A stretch of DNA of 64,000 nt, taken from positions 12,522,818-12,586,817 of the forward strand of contig OZ037772.1 of NCBI GenBank assembly GCA_964035545.1, in the 5' to 3' direction. This DNA is from Bugula neritina (Eukaryota; Animalia; Bryozoa). Numbering within the stretch: the stretch's first letter is position 1; each line of letters begins with the position of its first letter. The notes beneath the pieces are model-generated. The model did not search any database. It was given only the letters and a program-made list of their open reading frames with translations, and was not told where the DNA came from. The translations under genes were made by a program, and so were the position numbers. Below, piece by piece: positions 11,819 through 25,520 of the stretch.

Positions 11819-14800
11819 TTAGTTAGGAGCAGTAATTGTCTTCTCTTCAGAAACACTTTGAGAAATCTTATTGTCTACTTTCAAGTCTCCACCTGGTCCT
11901 GGCACATCCACCTCTGGAGTTTTGGGTTTAGAAACTGGCTCAACGCCTGCAGGACATTCGGTGTTGAGTGGCACATCAGCCTGAAATCAGCAATTAAGAG
12001 ATAATACTACTGCATAGCTCCACCTACTTCAGTGTCTAGCCCCACCTACTTCACTACACAGTCCCACCCACAGTACTGTATAGCTCCACCTACTTCACTA
12101 CACAGTCCCACCCACAGCACTGTATAGCTCCACCTATTTTATTATACAGCTCCACCTACTTTACTACATAGCTCCACCTACTTTACCACATAGCTCCACC
12201 TACTTTACTACACAGCTCCACCTACTTCACTACATAGCTCCACCTACTTCACTGCATAGCTCCACCTACTCCAGTGCATAGCTCCGCCTACTCCACTGCA
12301 TAGCTACATATATTCATTGCCCTAGTCAATACTCATGCTTATAAACTTGCTATTCCGACAGACAAAACTCCAACATATGAACAAGTTTTCACTTACCACT
12401 GCAGGGGATATTTTTCGATCATCACCAGCACCACCAGTATTCTGCATGTCTCCAGGAGTTTCTACCTGTTGTGTACCACCGGGACTATTCTCTTGCAGTG
12501 TTTCACTAGGAGTTTCTACCTGCAGTGTTTCACTAGGACTATTCTCCTGCTGTGTTTCACCAGGACTATCTACCTGCAGTGTTTCACTAGGACTATTCTC
12601 CTGCAGTGTTTCACCAGGACTACTCCCATGCAGTGTTTCACTAGGAGTGTCTACCTGCGGGTTATCACTAGGACTATTTTCCTGCTCATAAGGTACACTC
12701 AAATTCACCGCCTCACTGTCCTTCACCTCCCCCTCCCCATTAGACTGTATCGAATGGCACCCAGTGTCTGCAGTCACTGCTTCGTCTCTAATACGAGAAA
12801 GCAGCTGCGATGTGGCTATGGAGCTTGTATCGGGATCTACAGTTGGTGTATCGACTGTTTCAGGTATTCTGATTGGCTCATTTGTTTTAACAATCGCTCG
12901 CATTGGTTTGGCTTCCGGTTGCCGGGCTAATTCTATTTGAGTGTGAGGGTCTGCTATTGGTTGAACTGTTGCATGGGTTGTTGTCATTGGTTGAGCTAAT
13001 CTATTATGTGTTTCTATTGGTTGTGAAGTACTGCTAGCATCTGTTTTCCTCTCTTCCTCAAGATCATCCTGTTTAGAATCAAATCAGAAGGTTAAGAAAA
13101 CTGGAATCTGAATACAAAATAACGGCATAACAAACATTACTACACACACTACTATACACACTACTATACACATTACTACACACACTACTACAAACATTCA
13201 CCCTAAATATTGACATTGTAAATTCAGCTCCATGTGTGAAGCAAACACAATGCCACACCCACACTGAGCCACACCCACACTGAGCCACACCCACACTGAG
13301 CCACACCCACACTGAGCCACACCCACACTGATCTCTATAAAACTCTCAGCTAGACAGAACTGGAGCTCTCACCTCCGGGGCGACTATAGGTATGACATTC
13401 TTCACCCTAGGTCTGGACTGGGGGGAGGACTTGGCCACCTGAGACTTGGTGTCGTAGTAAACCGGCCCCTGGTTTTCTGCCGTGGGGGTGGGAGAGAAGT
13501 GGTGCGGGGGCGGCTGCTGCTGGGGGTAGAAAGTGGTGCCGGAGTTCTCACTAGTACTGGTTGGAGGCGCGTAGTACGTAGTGCCCTCCATCTGTGGTCT
13601 CTGGGGAGAGGGCTGATAGTACACAGCCCCTCCGATAGGCACTCCTGGCTCCGACACTGACGCAGCACCTGCTGCCACCTGTCAACGTAAAGTCACGACA
13701 ACTACAATGCCAATGTCTCCTAAAAACACTTATTTATATCATTTATATTCTTATATATTCTTCTAAATATTAAGATTTACCTATTTATTACAACCTATCA
13801 TTCTATAAAGGGTGACGAGTAACTCTACGACGTACAAATATCAACAGAATAAGTATGACACAGAATAAGTATGACACAGAATTTATTTGTCAGCTGCACC
13901 AGTCTTCATGCCATAAACTCTCAGCAAGTCTCAAACATTCTAACAGAGAGGGCCGGTTGACTGGGAATCTCCATTCAGTACTCACCGGGGGGACAGGCTG
14001 AGTCATCAGAGGTGCTCTAGGAGCGTACATAGCACCGAGATCCTGGCTGGGGAGAGGAGGAGTGGCAGCCATCTGCTGACCCACTATCTGTGGCGTGGCA
14101 ATCACAGGGTTAGGTACGTAGCTCGCCATCGGGGCCGCAACTCCTGAGTAGAACACATGCAGAGTTAAATAGACAAGTTGCATTATATCCCACGTCTGTG
14201 AGAACATTCGGAGTTACCTTCTCTGTCAGACACACTGCGTGCACATGGATATATTATTGGCTGTGAACTGAAGTATATAAGATAATAAACTATTGACACA
14301 GAAACACATCTTATTAGAGGAAGCAACTCCAAACAGACTCACCTGACGCCATGACAGGATGTGCTGGCTGCTGCATGGCTGACATGATTTGAGGAGCTAT
14401 AGACTGAGGGATTCCTGCTATGACGGGGGGCCTGCTAGCACCCGCAACCATCTGCTGGTTAGACTGAGGCAGGAAGCCTGAAGGAGGAATCAGACGAACT
14501 GCGGCAGAAGAGTTCTGATTGATAAACATCTGAGGAGGGACTACAGCTGTAACCATGCAACACACGCTCTGTACATGAACAGTAAGTCTGTAACCATACA
14601 ACACCAGCTCTGTACAGACACAGTATGTAACCATACAACACACGCTCGGTACAGACACAGTATGTCTGCATATATACGTGTTTAGTTTCTGTTATGTCAT
14701 GTTAAGATAACTCCACACTGAAATATTGACCCATCAGCAAACTTCATTCCTTTGCTTGTCCATAATTAGCAAGAAAACTTACACTGCTTCAACAAATGTG

Positions 14801-17800
14801 TCTGCATAAATATTTTCATATTTCAAGAAGAACTGCTGCACAGGTAATTACCTCAAGACAAAGCATAAAGTCAGCATAAGCTTGTTAGTTCAGTACTGGC
14901 TACAAGTTTGTAGACAAACCGGGAAAACACAAGCTATGCTAAAAATATGCAGTAAATATTTTCCAGTCAACATGTCTCTTACTGGAAATTGTGTTCTCGT
15001 GTGAAACTCGATAGAGAGTAAGCAGAGTGATAAACTTACTGGGTAGTTGAGCGTATGGTGGCTGCATGGGCGGTACACTGGCTACTCCCCCCGCAAACTG
15101 CTGCTGCTGTGGGGCCACAGGCTGAGCTGACGGGGTTTGCTGACCCAACAGTGGGCGGGGCTCTGAAGGGTACGGAGATGGTTTACCTGAAACAGGATGT
15201 GACATAATAAATCTGAGACATCACAATAGTAGTATCAGAGACCATGAGAAAGTATGAGAATTTGAGAGATTATGAGAGAAATGCACCTGAGAGAATACAG
15301 AGTATAAGAGAGAATACAGAGTATAAGAGAGAATACAGAGTATGAGAGAGAATACAGAGTATGAGAGAGAATACAGAGTATAAGAGAGAATACAGAGTAT
15401 GAGAGAGAGTACAGAGCATGAGAGAGAATACAGAGTATGAGAGAGAGTACAGAGTTTGAGAGAGAATACAGAGTATGAGAGAGAATACAGAGTATGAGAG
15501 AGAGTACAGAGTTTGAGAGAGAATACAGAGTATGAGAGAGATTACAGAGTATAAGAGAGAATACAGAGTATGAGAGAGAATACAGAGTATGAGAGAGAAT
15601 ACAGAGTATGAGAGAGAATACAGAGTATGAGAGAGAATACAGAGTATGAGAGAGAATACAGAGTATAAGAAAACACGGGAATGCGTAGCTGTCAGCTGTC
15701 AGTAATACAAATCTCAGCATTATTTTGAGAAGCTGATAACTAAACAAGGTAAGGAGGTAAAACTAAACAGGTTAGAATTGTATCTTCACACGCAGACGTT
15801 ACGCTACGTACCGGCGGCAGAAGTCTGTCTGTCCGACTGTCTCTGGGACGAATACCTCTTAGTCTGAGTCACACCACCCGAAGATTCTACAAACAGACAG
15901 ACAGAGATGAATGACAGAAACCAGACACGCTGTTTCAGCAAAGAGAGATGAACTCATCTCATGGAACTGGTAATGAGAACCTGGTTTAGCAGCAGACACG
16001 ACAGGTGGAGCATTCTGATTGGTCGGTTGCTGTGGACGTTGTTCTACTGGCTTGCTGGGAGGTCTAAACCCTTCAGTGGGTGTTGCTGGGTCCAGTCTAC
16101 AAATATACGACTTCAGGTTTGGAGGAAAAGAGACAACAAGTCTTCATGTACTTACAAGGGCAGAGATACTGAATTTACAAGAAATTAGACATGCGCTACA
16201 AAGAGGACTGCATTGTCTAATTAATTGATTGATTTATTACATATCACAGACATGAAAACATGTTGTGAAATTCAGTGTAAATACTGGCTATAATAAGTAG
16301 ACAAGAACAAAAGTGAACAAAAAGTCAGAACTCTGTTGGAATATTTAAGATACAAGAACATTTAAAGTATTTACAAGGTGTAAAAGCTATCCCTGCCCCC
16401 CCCCCCCCTCCTCTTAATACGCAAGCAGCTGCTCTGGTAATATTCTAGTTAATGCAACTCATCGGCTTCTACTCCTAGACGCGACAGGAAATGCCCCTCA
16501 CCTCGCATCCTGCGACTTCCTCTCCACTGTCTTTGTTCCCCGAGGCTCAACATTCATTGGCTTGTCGAGATTTCTAGCGTCTTGTGACCTCCTCTGTGAT
16601 TGGCTGCTCTCCTGCAATCGCTCTGATTGGTTGATTTCACCGCTCCGAGAAGGCCTTGAGTTATCATATTCAGCATGCTGCCTGCCGCCACCTCTGCCTC
16701 GATTTCCTCTGTAAGGACGACGCCCACCTCGCTGACCCCTGAAGGACCTTGACTCAAAATTAGCAAAATCTCCAAAAGATGGTTTGCTATGACCTCGTCT
16801 ACAAGGTCAAAGGAAGGTTAATAGACAAAAGTCTGCTATCAGCTCCAAGATTGAAAGGACTGCCAGCATATTCCTTAACTATTCAACAATACTCATTAAT
16901 ATCCGGTCTTACCGTCCTCTCTGGGCACGTGCGGCACTGTAAGCACGGGGCGGAGTATCTGGGGGCGTGTCCTTGGATCTGATGTCATATCCGTAGAGCG
17001 CAATCAGCTGATCACGGGACTTGGGAGCCTGAGCCGCCTCGTCAAAGCAGTCGTGGGCCCACTTCTCCTTCTTCTCCATCGCCCAGAGCTTCTTGGACTT
17101 TGGCCTGGCAAGATTGGAGACGCGAGTTTATCAGTTTATCAGTAATCAACTCATATGACAATATACTTATACATTCCCACATCATAAAACAGCGAAACCG
17201 AGTCTAAAATTATTAAGAGTTGTCTTATGCTAATGAGAAGTATACACTGTTAAAATGATATCTAGTTAGTCAATGATACGAGAAACCTCAATGGTTCAGT
17301 CATGTCACAACAGCCAATAGGTACGCTTCTCTCATCAGCTGCTGGTTAATATTAAAACTGCCAAAACTGCCAAGACTGAATTCTGTCAGCTAACTAGTTC
17401 ACCATTATAAAGAGTTACTTCGAACTGTTGGTGAAATTAAATGATCAAAATCATGAAACTGTCATGTAGTGTTGGGGCCAGAAGCTGAAGTTTGAGTAAA
17501 ATCATGATTTAATAAAAATACTACAGCTACGAACTGTTTGTTCCTTTGAAGACATAAAGATGAAAGATGGGGGTGGATATAAGATAGGGGTGGATATAAG
17601 ATAGGGGTGGATATAAGATAGGGGTGGATATAAGATAGGGGTGGATATAGGATAGGGGGTTACGTACGTGTCATTCTCCTCATCCCGGACATCTTTCCCT
17701 GGTGACTGGGTGATGACATCATCAGCACCTGACCGAGAGTCGTGCTCGTAAAATGCTCCTTTCCTACAAGTAGAAAACGGGTTATACAACTCCACATCTA

Positions 17801-20627
17801 CTAGTAGTACTATTCACTTTTAGTACTGTACTATGAGTACTATTTACTATTAGTATCAGTCACTACTAGTATCAGTCACTACTAGTATCAGTCACCTGGG
17901 TATGAAAGCAGGATTCTTCACGTCCTCGTCATCGTCTAGGGCATCCTCGTGAGGAGATTCCCCGTCAGCTGGGTTCCTCTCTCCGTCAGCCATGCTACCT
18001 TCATCTGAGTCATCAGTGTACTCTACATTACACAGTATACTCTACATTACACAGTATACTCTACATTACACAGTATACTCTACATTACACAGTATACACT
18101 ACATTACACAGTATACTCTACATTACACAGTATACTCTACACTACACAGTATACTCTACATTACACAGTGTACTCTACATTACACAGTGTACTCTACATT
18201 ACACAGTGTACTCTACATTACACAGTATACTCTACACTACACAGTATACTCTACATCACACAGTGTACTCTACATTACACAGTGTACTCTACATTACACA
18301 GTGTACTCTACATTACACAGTATACTCTACACTACACAGTATACTCTACATTACACAGTATACTCTACATTACACAGTATATTCTACATTACACAGTATA
18401 CTCTACACTACACAGTATACTCTACATTACACAGTATACTCTACATTACACAGTATACTCTACATTACACAGTGTACTCTACATTACACAGTATACTCTA
18501 CACTACACAGTATACTCTACATTACACAGTATACTCTACATCACACAGTATACTCTACACTACACAGTATACTCTACATTACACAGTGTACTCTACATTA
18601 CACAGTATACTCTACATTACACAATATACTCTACATTACACTTAATACTATACATCACACAGTATACTCTACATTACACAGTGTACTCTACATCACACAG
18701 TATACTCTACATTACACAGTATACTCTACATTACACTTAATACTATACATTACACAGTCTACTCTACTTCCTGTCATAACGCAGCGTCGTCACACGATGT
18801 CAGCTGCTAGAACACTAACGCTAAGCTGCATGCTAAGCTGCACACTTTGCAAAGCTTACTAACTATATAACTAGTAACAGAACATCTTACAAGAATTAGA
18901 GGCAACTTTTACCCAAAACTCGGAACAACTAGTAGCACCAATTCAACACTGTATATTCAGCAAACTCAGCTCATAGTGCTAAGACTATCTATATAACAAT
19001 ATAACTCTTAGTAGCTCTTGCATGTACTGTGGGTTTTAAGGAAGAAAGTTGCACAGCTAGAACTTAGACTCCAACTTAAACAAAAAAATATAGAGGAGTG
19101 TGTAATAACGACTCACCTGAATCAGAGGTTATCTCCCCTTCTTCTTTTTCATCGTCGTAATCCTGCACGAAATGACAGGACAATTTAATGTAAAATTGTA
19201 AAGTTTTTTCTTTCACTTACACAGCTGCTTTGATTAATTGACAGAAGGATGCTACTGATACCAAGAATACACATATTATATAAAACAACTGTATCCACAA
19301 AGACTATTTATTTATATGGAATGATGGGAACTCCTTATTGTAAAGACCAAGTCAACTTAAAGAGAGAAAATACAGCAACGCATATGTATAAGACTTTACA
19401 CTTTCATAAACTCGATTAAATGCCAAAAAAACTAAAATAATTAAAACTAGAAAACTGAACCATAATAACTAAATAACTAAAATATAAAAGCTAAAAAACT
19501 TAATAAAAAAGTAATAACTAGAAGAAATAAATGTAAAAATTAAAATTTAACTAAAATACTGGCAATAATTATGATTTATACAGCTACAGCATCAGCTTTA
19601 ATATACACAAGTTATCTTTATTTCAACTATTGCAATATGAATATAAATGAACTTGACAATTTTAATTTCAATGTATACAATCACACTTCAACTTCTCATG
19701 ATAATAGAGCAGTTGTCAAATTCATGGCATAAATACACTCAGATTTGTAAAATAAATACCTAAGCTAATAGTCTTAAAACATAGTCTTGTCTACGCAGTT
19801 CATCCCTTGAGGTAATAGTGATATGGCAGTATAAACTAATTCAAACACTGATCTACATAAAATCACAAAATACTATTGCAGTTAAAATTACTAAGTTACT
19901 CATCCTTTGAGCTTTACACAATGAGCCATCGAGTTAGAGTACCAGTATGTCGATCATTAGTGTCTAGGCCTAGTTTTAGTGGTAATGTTAGTGTGTTGGT
20001 GAAACTGAATGCGATTACAGTTTTAGTTATACACCAGTTCTACTTCCAGTTATAAAAGTGAAAATCATCTAATTAAATAAAATAAAAATCTTAGAAGTAA
20101 AATAACTTATAACTATGCTAATGCCTAATGCTATAAGTATAAGACTAAGTATAGGCTAGCTATTTTCACGGTTATGCATATTCATATTGAGTTATTCTTG
20201 GAGCTATTCTAATTGTTATCGAGTCGCAGTCGTAAATGTATCATTCTCATAATGATAATCATTATGATCATCAAACTTCAAGAGTCGGACTAAAAGTTCA
20301 ATAACTGTAACACTAACACTAACTCCAAGTCAAAGCGTAAGTGTAACACTAACTGTAAGAGTAAGACTAAACAATTAAAATGAGTGTTAAACTTGTATTA
20401 TTATGAGTATGAGTATGTACTGGAGCTAGGTTAATCATTATTTTAATTCATTGGTATTGCACTTGTAAACTTTTAGTAGCAAATTTCTATACCTGTGACT
20501 GTTGGCGGTTGTGGCTTTTTTCATTGTCTGTAGGTGCTACGCTTGCATTCACGGTGTCAGTGTGAGAATCATCCAAGTACTCGGAATCTGAAGCTTGCCT
20601 TCGCCGTCTATTAGCTACTTCGGCCAT
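11819..20627 (-). CDS. CASC3: CASC3 / Barentsz / MLN51, exon junction complex subunit
   Basis: Exons 20627-20493 (MAEVANRRRRQASDSEY), 19162-19117, 18022-17896, 17763-17668, 17104-16913, then ~16749-16502, ~16096-15981, ~15886-15812, ~15187-15041, ~14546-14343, ~14143-13987, ~13677-13373, ~13069-12395, ~11980-11819. Btz/SELOR motifs LDDDEDVKNPAFIPRKGAFYEHD and KKLW...KWAHDCFDEAAQAPKSRDQLIALYGYDIR, RGG segment, conserved KRYSSQRQ, Pro/Gln-rich C-terminal half. Confidence 0.95.
12009..12305. repeat. ~22-bp minisatellite (tagctccacctacttcactaca) in last CASC3 intron
   Basis: Directly visible, degenerate at left end. Confidence 0.9.
12440..12690 (-). repeat. Coding tandem repeat in CASC3 (QENSPSETL / QVETPSETL units)
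   Basis: Visible in DNA and in ORF 12322..12987. Confidence 0.85.
13128..13330. repeat. Two short intronic arrays: ~12-bp (acacactactat) and 16-bp (gccacacccacactga x5)
   Basis: Directly visible. Confidence 0.9.
14547..14668. repeat. ~40-bp unit x3 abutting a CASC3 splice acceptor
   Basis: tgtaaccat(g/a)caacac..gctc(t/g)gtaca repeated three times; minus strand reads ggttacag at the acceptor. Confidence 0.85.
15289..15670. repeat. 19-bp minisatellite (gagaatacagagtat[a/g]aga), ~20 copies, CASC3 intron
   Basis: Directly visible; explains ORF 15235..15747. Confidence 0.95.
17568..17659. repeat. 17-bp minisatellite (gggtggatataagatag) x5 next to a CASC3 donor
   Basis: Directly visible. Confidence 0.95.
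17851..17895. repeat. 16-bp unit x~3 containing the CASC3 exon-3 donor GTGACT
   Basis: Minus strand: cccag|gtgactgatactagta gtgactgatactagta gtgactgatactaata. Confidence 0.9.
18016..18768. repeat. 19-bp minisatellite (ctctacattacacagtata), ~39 copies, overlapping the CASC3 exon-3 acceptor
   Basis: Directly visible; explains the three plus-strand repeat ORFs at 17992-18862. Confidence 0.97.
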
Positions 20628-20759
20628 AATTTTATTGAAATAACAAAATAAAACTATTGAGCTAAGAAAAAAGCGATAAGATTTGATAGTTAGGTACAGA
20701 TTATGCTAGTAGCAGTATTAAATTTAATTGCATCTGCAAAATAAAGAAATAAGCATGTT

Positions 20760-20845
20760 TTACTCTCGCAAATTTGCTACTCGAACTTTACTCTATAAAA
20801 CGCGCCAATAAACTTGACTTTAGCATTTCAAATAGCCAATAGAGA
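20760..20845 (-). promoter_or_regulatory. Probable CASC3 promoter region
   Basis: Local CpG enrichment, two CCAAT motifs (cgcgccaat, agccaat) and a gcaaatttgc palindrome ~130-220 bp upstream of the ATG. Confidence 0.4.
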
Positions 20846-22257
20846 TATTAGATACATACTCTCCAGTTACTAGAAGCTTTTCCGGTTTACTTATTGAAGA
20901 AATACGATAATTTGGAGTTATTACTCCTATATAACAATGTTTTTGCAAGAAAGAATAACTCCGTAACTAGCAGTTTTTCACAATAATGTACATGTAGATG
21001 GTTATAATTATGTATTATTTTTTTACTTAATTTCACTGTGCTAGTAAAGAGCCAAAGAGTGAACAAATGATTCTATAAGACTTTCAAAGTTTAATTATGC
21101 TTTTTTAAAACTATATTTACCGATATGGCAAGTATTCTGAAATATGACTCAAAATACAGTTTTTAAAATACATATTATTTAGTAGCAAATCACTACTAGA
21201 TGTGTCTGGGGCTTAATATCATACAACAATAGAAATAATCTACACAATCATGGATTTTTATCTATAATAGCAGTTTCAACTATATATAAAGAATTGCTTG
21301 ATATGTTAATATATATCAGACTTATAGTAACCTAGTTTTATCTGATATATGCAATGTACTTCAAGAGTATACAGTCTATTACTCTATATACTCTGAAGAA
21401 TAATGGTTATAAAGCAATGCTTTTGCAGCTCTCTATCTGTCTCTATAGGTAATCAGGAAAATAGTAAAGAATAGTTGGTGCCATATCCTGTAGTATATCA
21501 TGAATTTTAATCTGAATTCTGTTAACAAAGAAAACTCTTAGTTATAATAAGCTATAAATCATTTTAACTCAGAGTAATTGTTCCAGCAGTGCATACAGAT
21601 GTTACTTTTATCATCTGTTGTATGAATTCTAACACTTTCTTAAACCACTGAGTGCATACTAAGTATATATAATTCTATTTCTAATTGCATTAATTACTGA
21701 CCTTAATATTTCCACCCAAAACCAGTGTCCTTTGACAAAAGACTTGGTTCATCCAGACGACTGGGAATTTGCATAACTCAACTTAACAACTTCAGTTTTT
21801 CTTTTTTACTCAATGATCTGTAGGAAATTGTACCTGTAAAGTGCAGCTGATATTTTCAACATGTCAGCCACAAGTATTTTTTCAACACCACCTGGGGATG
21901 TTTGAGGGTGTCTGGCAGATGTCTGGGGGATGTCTGGGGGATGTCTGGGGAGCCTGAAATCAAAACTAATTACACAGAAGAGAGTGCTGGACTTCATCAT
22001 GCTTCTCAATATCAGTAACAATATGTTAAAAAAACTTAAATTGCAAAGCAGACAAGAATATTGCAAACAAACGGGGACTGTAGAATTTGAGATAGTAAGA
22101 TCTATCCAGTAAGGGGAAATTGAGAAAACTAACAAAGTTCATGACTCATTAAGCAAGGAGATGAAATTTCTCCATCACTGCACTTAGATGGAAATGTTAG
22201 ATTTAAATTTTAATATCCCCTATTTTTATGATATAGCCAGTGAACAGAACTATTATG

Positions 22258-22357
<100 letters not shown>

Positions 22358-25329
22358 CAATCGCATAATAACACACTTGCACTGTCGTGTGCTAATAAAG
22401 TTGGCAAATGGGCGAGTTAGTCCTTGTCTTGTATGGGAGTCTATAAGAGTATTTAACGCTAATCAAAGACAACGTATTATATAGGTTATACAAGATGAGA
22501 ATGTGATGTCATATTGATCATTTACTATCTATAAGTTAATGGAGGCTAGAAAACTAAAACCTTTGCTATAGAGCAAAATCTATTTCAAAATATAAAAAAT
22601 CAACAAAAGACAGAAACAACAGTTTACATGCCTAGACCTGCCTTTATATTTACATATTCTTTTTAAAAAGTTGGGTTATACACCTTCTTTTATAATAATT
22701 AGTGGTGGGTTGCCATACTCAATGGTTCTATATATACTGAGTACACACCACTGTACCAGTGACTTCAGCAAACAGGTTACTAGCTCTTTCTAAACTGTCA
22801 TCACTTTGTGGGGATAATTAATTATAGGTGAATAATATCACACTTTGTATCATGGACATATAAATGTATATAATATGTATATTATTGTTGTAAATGTATT
22901 GTGCAACTTGAATCAAAGTAAATGAATCAGAATATTGCGTGGTGCCAGGTATAATCATACTGAATATTTATATTTTATTGCAATATTTTATGAAATCACA
23001 TGAATATCACTAAATTTATGATAGCAACCAAGTTAAAATTATACTAAATTTTATTCTGGCTCAATCATAATAGAGATCAAAGTATCTGCTCAGCTATGTC
23101 TGACCCCAACTCTATCGAAAAATGTTTGCCTAAAATGAAAATTGAAATTCATAGAATTCTTATTATAGCTTTAGCTTTTGCTTTCCTATTTATTGATGAA
23201 AACATGGAGCTGTATTATCATGATTATATAATAAATATAGTCCATTATCCTATAATATATGCATAATCCAATACCACAAACATATAGCCCTACTTATTGT
23301 TGTTTTAAAGCTGTTGGTCATTGGTCAACGTACCTCTCACAGGTGATTCACCTGTATTAAACTGGTGGGAAAATACGAGACACTATAATCTATGTAATCC
23401 ACTCCTAATATCTTATGTTAATTTAAATTAAAAACATCAGTTTAATTCAATTTGAATCACGAAGAGGCTGCTGCAATATTTAGTTTAATTAACCAATAAT
23501 CTCTTTGAACCAAAAGATTGTCAGGCGTAACTCAATTCTTTTGAAAAATTCGTCAATTTGGAAGTGATTTTACTCTTCTACTTGTATATGACACATACTT
23601 ATGTACAGGTGAACGCAGCTTGTTTACATAAACCACCTTTCTAATTACCAAATAATACGTGGATGTTAATTAAATTAATTCAACTGTTTTAGCTTTTTTC
23701 AGTAATAGTCATTTGGAAAGCTATACTGAACTGATTCTAGGTAGTATTTGTTTTAATTTGTGAAAAGTTAGGGTGGCATTCAAAGGTTCCCACCCTGTTT
23801 AAGCATTGAACAAGCAAATCAGTTGGATATTTGATAAAATATTATTTCTATAAATAACTTTGACTAACCGCAGTAACATTATTTCATACCCTATATATAT
23901 CAAACCATGCATGTTCATATCCTTTTATATCTCTTTATATCCTACATATATTACCATATGCTAATATTCCTTTTCATCCTAAATACTATATACTTTCTCT
24001 TTTGATTATCCAGTAATGAAATTGTGCAATAGTAAAAGAATCTATACAGGAATTAATTTCCTATATACCAGGATATTAGTATGACTTGCTGAAGATCACA
24101 ACAAATTATACACAACATAAAATATGGCTTCATTCATCTACAAAATAGAAAATTTGTTTTATAATTGAAATTATGATAATTTTATGAGTTGCACTGCAGA
24201 CTAACTCGTGTGTATCGCTGAATACTACGCTACGTCAGTTCACAGATGGCTTTCAGTAGCTTTCCTTCAGCTGACAGTTAGTAATAAATTATGAATAATT
24301 ATGATTAGTTTTTGTTATAGTAACCATTTTTCATATTTTCTAGTTGTGTAAAGGATTAGCGTCAGCTTATATAATTAATGTGAGTATCGACACTGGCTGT
24401 CTGCTATTCTCCAACATCATGCATCAATGACTCCTATATCTAAATCACCATCAGCTTACTCAACACTATAGAAAAGACAACTCCGCATGTTGAACTTTAC
24501 TTGCGTCACTAGAAGCACCTGCAAGCACTTTCTTTGGCAGATTCACAATATTGGAATTTTCATTACCAGCTAGAGAATAATGTAAGTAATATTTTCATGA
24601 CATGACATTTCAAATTACTATATGTGCTTAGATATAAAACACTTTAACCTATCTCATACCATAATATGATATGTTGACCAGTCTAGTGACATGAAACACT
24701 ATATATAGGCCTATATACATACATATATATACTGTATGTTCTAGTATATTATATGCATATATATACAAGAGCATTTCACTATAATTCAGCTGTAAATACA
24801 ATAAATTATCACCTATCTTTTTTATTCCTCACCAGCCATCACAACTCATACATTCCTCAGCATATTATTATCGAAATAGCCGTATAATTTGATGGATAAA
24901 GTATTTCTGTAGGATTTAAATCTGTAATAAATACTAAAAGTTCAATATAACAGTTCATCTATTATATGTACAGTTGTGTGGAAGTGGTGTAGTCCAATGC
25001 AGGTGATCCAACATCTATTTGAATATATATATTAACATGTAATTTGTGGTATATAAATACAGTTGGAATGGGAGATTGAATGTTAAGAAACTGTCAAAAA
25101 AGGAATTTTATCATTTATTCTACCGAAATCTTCAAAGGAGACTAACACCTATTATTCATAATGTCTGGTAATGGCTGTTTAAGAATTCTTAATCAATTTT
25201 AGATTGGTGATAATGATCCTAGAATGAATGGTTTGGCAGGTTAATAGCCTCCAACCGAATGACTTTATAGACTTAAGTAACTGTTTGAATCAGTGGATTA
25301 GGAGGGGAATAACTCCTTGACTGTACATT

Positions 25330-25520
25330 GTGTTATGTACACTAGATATATGCATTATGTATACTAGATGTACGCATTATGTACACTAGATATATGCATT
25401 ATGTATACTAGATGTACGCATTCAATATTACTAGATATAATATGTATTTTGTATACTAGATATATGTACTCTGCATACTAGATGCATGTATACTCTGTAT
25501 ATTAGCGATGTACTTCATGT
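25330..25520. repeat. Degenerate 22-bp tandem repeat (atgtacactagatatatgcatt)
   Basis: Directly visible. Confidence 0.85.

Noticed and set aside
11169-15747. Repeat ORFs 11169..11573 and 15235..15747; CRISPR-like appearance of the arrays
   Set aside because: Head-to-tail tandem units without unique spacers, no cas genes, eukaryotic context.
17992-18862. Three long overlapping plus-strand ORFs (190-218 aa)
   Set aside because: Translations of the 19-bp minisatellite, which has few stops on that strand; antisense to CASC3.
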